Shown piece by piece: positions 60,701-64,000 of a stretch of DNA of 64,000 nt. A program made the translations under genes and the position numbers. Below the pieces are notes generated by a model that was given only the letters and a program-made list of their open reading frames with translations, was not told the origin of the DNA and made no database searches. Positions within the stretch are counted from its first letter, which is position 1, and each line of letters starts with the position of its first letter. Source of the DNA: Asterias rubens (taxonomy: Eukaryota); NCBI RefSeq assembly GCF_902459465.1, contig NC_047079.1:7874001-7938000 (forward strand), in the 5' to 3' direction.

Positions 60701-62562
60701 CTAAGTTTTCAAAATCCTTATACCCATCTCAAGATGTTAGTCTTGAATACATCTTAATTGCTAAGCAAATTGTTGTGTCAAACTAAAAGTTTTGTTAATC
60801 TCAAGAATCTTAGCTAAACATTATATGTATTAAAACTTTTCATTATTCATTGTTCATTACTGTACTGGATGCAAAAAAAATTCTTGACCTACAGATATTG
60901 ATTTTCACATCGGACTTCCATTGGAACTGAACTACAGAGTGGCAAGATTGACCGGAGCTCTAGACAATCCTCTCAAACTGATCTCCATTCTTAGTGATTC
61001 CACATCTTGGTGTTTTGCTTGGATGTTTGTCACGGGTCGTACTATTATCAGTGAAGTCCTCCACAAATCTACTGATCTAGTTAAGGTAGGAATGGGACTC
61101 AGCACTCTGCCCTCCACAAATCAACTGATCTAGTTAAGGTATGAATGGGACTCGGCACTCTGCCCTCCACAAATCAACTGATCTAGTTAAGGTATGAATG
61201 GGACTCTGCACTCTACCTGCCCTCCACAAATCAACTGATCTAGTTAAGGTATGAATGGGACTCAGCACTCTGCCCTCCACAAATCAACTGATCTAGTTAA
61301 GGTATGAATGGGACTCAGCACTCTGCCCTCCACAAATCAACTGATCTAGTTAAGGTATGAATGGGACTCAGCACTCTACCTGCCCTCCACAAATCAACTG
61401 ATCTAGTTAAGGTATGAATGGGACTCAGCACTAACGTTAGAAATAGAAGCTCAGTAATCTAAGATCTCAGACAATGTGTCAAGTTTCACTTGTATGGACG
61501 CACAGATAAACAGGCTTTATGTGTTCTCGTGTTTACTGACACTACCCTGTGATCTCCTGTGGGAGGCAGGGGGTGAACAGCAAGGATTCTAAACATGTGT
61601 GGGGGGACTCTGATCATACTAAACATTTACAGAATTTTCTGTTTTGGCGTTTTAAAAGCAATCTGACACGTCTTATTTGTTCTTTTCCCCAAAGTTCCGT
61701 AAGCTGATACAACCAGAAGCAAGAGCGCTTGAAAACCCTTCCGCCTCTGGAATTGGAACAGCCCGAGCCATTGCAAAAGTGTATGGGATATTGGCCAATG
61801 GTGGCCAGACTCTGCAAGGTCAAAGGTTACTTTCGGAAGGTATGGTGGGAAGGATTTTCAGCGAAGCAAGATCCCCAACCAAGGATAAGTTTTTTTGTGT
61901 GAAAAGCTCTTTCTCAACTGGGTTCTTCTTGACTGTCTTTGAGGTTGGTAGCATTCGAATATCTTAAGATATTGTTAAATCTCATCCTGTTTTCTTCTTT
62001 TTGTCATCTACTGTTATCATCTAGGCTCCTTCACAATAGCTATGGAAGCTAGATAGATGACGCCAGAAAATAGACAGAAAATTAAAGCCCTGAATGTACA
62101 AAGACTTTTACGAATGTTCAGTGACGTGATGTTTATCAGTATACTACCAATGTTTCTCTGTATTAGCGCCATGGAGCATTGTTTTCGATGGATATGGCGC
62201 TATATAAATTTTTACTATTATTATTATTATTGTTATCAGTCAGTTGTCGTTCAACCAAAGTTCAACAGAACAGTCAACAATTTTCTATCAATCTTTATTC
62301 TGCCACTTAACTTATCAGTTTTTTCTTACAATTGGTTTATTTTTAGGGCAACAAGCAATTTGGTCATCCAGGAGCAGGGGGGCAGCAGTGTTTAGCTGAT
62401 CCCAAACAAAACCTCGGCATAGCGTACCTGTCCAGTCATTTCTCTCCCTTTGGTCTTGGTAACGACCCACGCTATCTTTCAATACAGAAGGAAACATATA
62501 AATGTGTTACAGATCTTGAGGCCAATTTTTCTGGTATTCTGTCTGAACAGAAATCTGTGTAA
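57797..62562 (+). CDS. Beta-lactamase domain-containing protein (lact-2-like serine hydrolase, class C beta-lactamase/esterase fold); 438 aa, 7 exons
   Basis: Exons: 57797-57930, 59463-59626, 60015-60151, 60381-60606, 60895-61085, 61695-61943, 62347-62562; total 1317 nt. Motifs: GKVKPGFEPV, KVVDLWGGFAD, FSATKG (SxxK), YWPEFAQNGKKNITVRMLLNHEAG, PGTAHGYHAFTFG, PSASGIGTARAIAK, FGHPGAGG. The start codon is the least certain part. Confidence 0.92.
58030..58459 (+). mobile_element. Near full-length tRNA-derived SINE with (ATT)n tail
   Basis: Degenerate A and B boxes, CORE-like gcgtccattaacaagacacttta, tail ...aagtgttaaataagaactcagttttaatattattattat. Confidence 0.7.
61059..61432 (+). repeat. 53/57-bp tandem repeat x7 spanning the 3' end of lactamase exon 5 and its splice donor
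   Basis: ctccacaaatc[ta]actgatctagttaag|gta[gt]gaatgggactc... starting at 61059, 61112, 61165, 61222, 61275, 61328 and 61385. Confidence 0.95.
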
Positions 62563-64000
62563 GATCTTTGTCTGATGCATGGTTGTAAAATGTATAAAGA
62601 AACTAAGACATACAAGTGTCACATATCTTAAGGCCAATAAAAAAAATATCATTTCCCATCATTCTGTTGGGACAGCAACTTGAAGACCTTACTAGTGCTC
62701 ATTTCAAGTCAGCTTTTGGCAAGCTCCCTGTTAAGTATTGTAAAAACAACTAATTTCTTATGATGATGATGTACGGGTGGACCGAAGTCAGAGATCTATT
62801 AGTGGAGAATTTGTAATCAATAGTGTCCATCCATCAAATATTATATCATTGTTTATCTTGTACATTAGTTTAATAAAAAGCAACTCAAGACATTAACCTA
62901 AGTGATGTGTTACTCGGTGGATATGCATAGACTAAGTGGGAATTGAGACAAATCTAATCTGAACTTTTATTAAAGAGACTCAAAGGAAAACAAAAAATAA
63001 CTTTATATTAGTTTAAGATTTTATCAAAATACTTGGAATACTTTTATTTTAGTTCATTTGTGTGATTTGTTTGTATTTTATCAAATGCCATGTCAGACTA
63101 TGGGCAGGGATGCATTCAGTATGTAAGTGATTAAATGACTGGCGTTTTCAGGGGTTGTATATGAAGGCAAGGACCTATAGGCTCTACCAATCATTTAAAG
63201 AAAGACTATGCCATGAAACCCTGGGGTTCATCAATGTCAATGCAATAAATAAATCCATTTTTTATCAAATTAGTGTCAAGGAAAACTTTATTTGCATTAA
63301 GTTGATCAGCAATAACTGAATATAAGTCTATGTGTATGCCCGAGGTTTTCAAGGCTATTTAGTGTTTGTTTTAGGCTCACTATTGCTGCCTGCAAACATT
63401 GCACTAGTTGTGCAACCCTTCTGGTAGGTAATAATTAAAAATGAACCCAACCCAGTTTGATGAACATTGACTGTGTCTGATCATTATTTTAAATTTGAAT
63501 AAATTTTGCCCTCAGTAAATAAGTTGTATTATTCTTCTTTAACACAATAATTTATTGATGAGATAAATAAATATATCGAGGTGTATTTTTTACAGGCTGG
63601 CATTTTGTTTCATTTTATTTAAATGTTTTTCCTTTCGTTCTGAACTTCTTGTCAGTATAGAATTAACGTCTTATGAATTGACTTTTCTGTAGGCCTATTT
63701 ATATTAAGATTTTCCTATGAGGTGAGGGGAGGGGAGAGGATATTGGGGGGGTGGGGGTGTCGCCGCGGGAACTTTTCCCTTCAATTTTTAAATGACCATT
63801 AGAAATGGTAAACAGCGCCCTCAATATGAGAGAATAAACGTCTACAAAAATCACTGGTAAGCCTGTTCGGGTCAGCATTGTATTAGGCTTAAGTTTGGGA
63901 ACCAGCTGTCGGTGCTGAGTCAGTCGAGTTTGGACTCGGGTGACAACATCGCCATGTGTTGCACAACCACGTACCTTTTTCTACATCAGCAATACTTCGG

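Overview
AT-rich animal (spliced, GT-AG) genomic DNA. The repeat families and poly-G/C tracts suggest an invertebrate deuterostome, probably an echinoderm; this is inference only. Five intron-containing genes were assembled by hand, with splice sites and reading-frame phases checked. (1) GLUT/SLC2A hexose transporter, + strand, 6927-18343, 13 exons, 506 aa. (2) A second GLUT1-like paralogue, - strand, 35908-24021, 12 exons, 554 aa, tail-to-tail with the first. (3) An unrecognised gene of about 833 aa, - strand, 47325-39637. Its N-terminal half reads as a DEDDh exonuclease fold with all catalytic residues lost, followed by an Exuperantia-like helical (SAM-like) segment, an unknown globular segment and a long repeat-bearing disordered tail. 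(4) LPCAT3/MBOAT5, + strand, 48128-55041, head-to-head with gene 3. (5) A lact-2-like serine beta-lactamase-family protein, + strand, 57797-62562. Introns and spacers hold MITEs, tRNA-derived SINEs, a LINE end and many minisatellites. Main points of interest: the pseudo-exonuclease gene; two independent tandem arrays that amplify an exon end plus its splice donor; divergent TM7 selectivity motifs and intron positions in the GLUT pair; a GC-AG intron; and a 1.9-kb G-rich higher-order minisatellite just upstream of GLUT gene 2.
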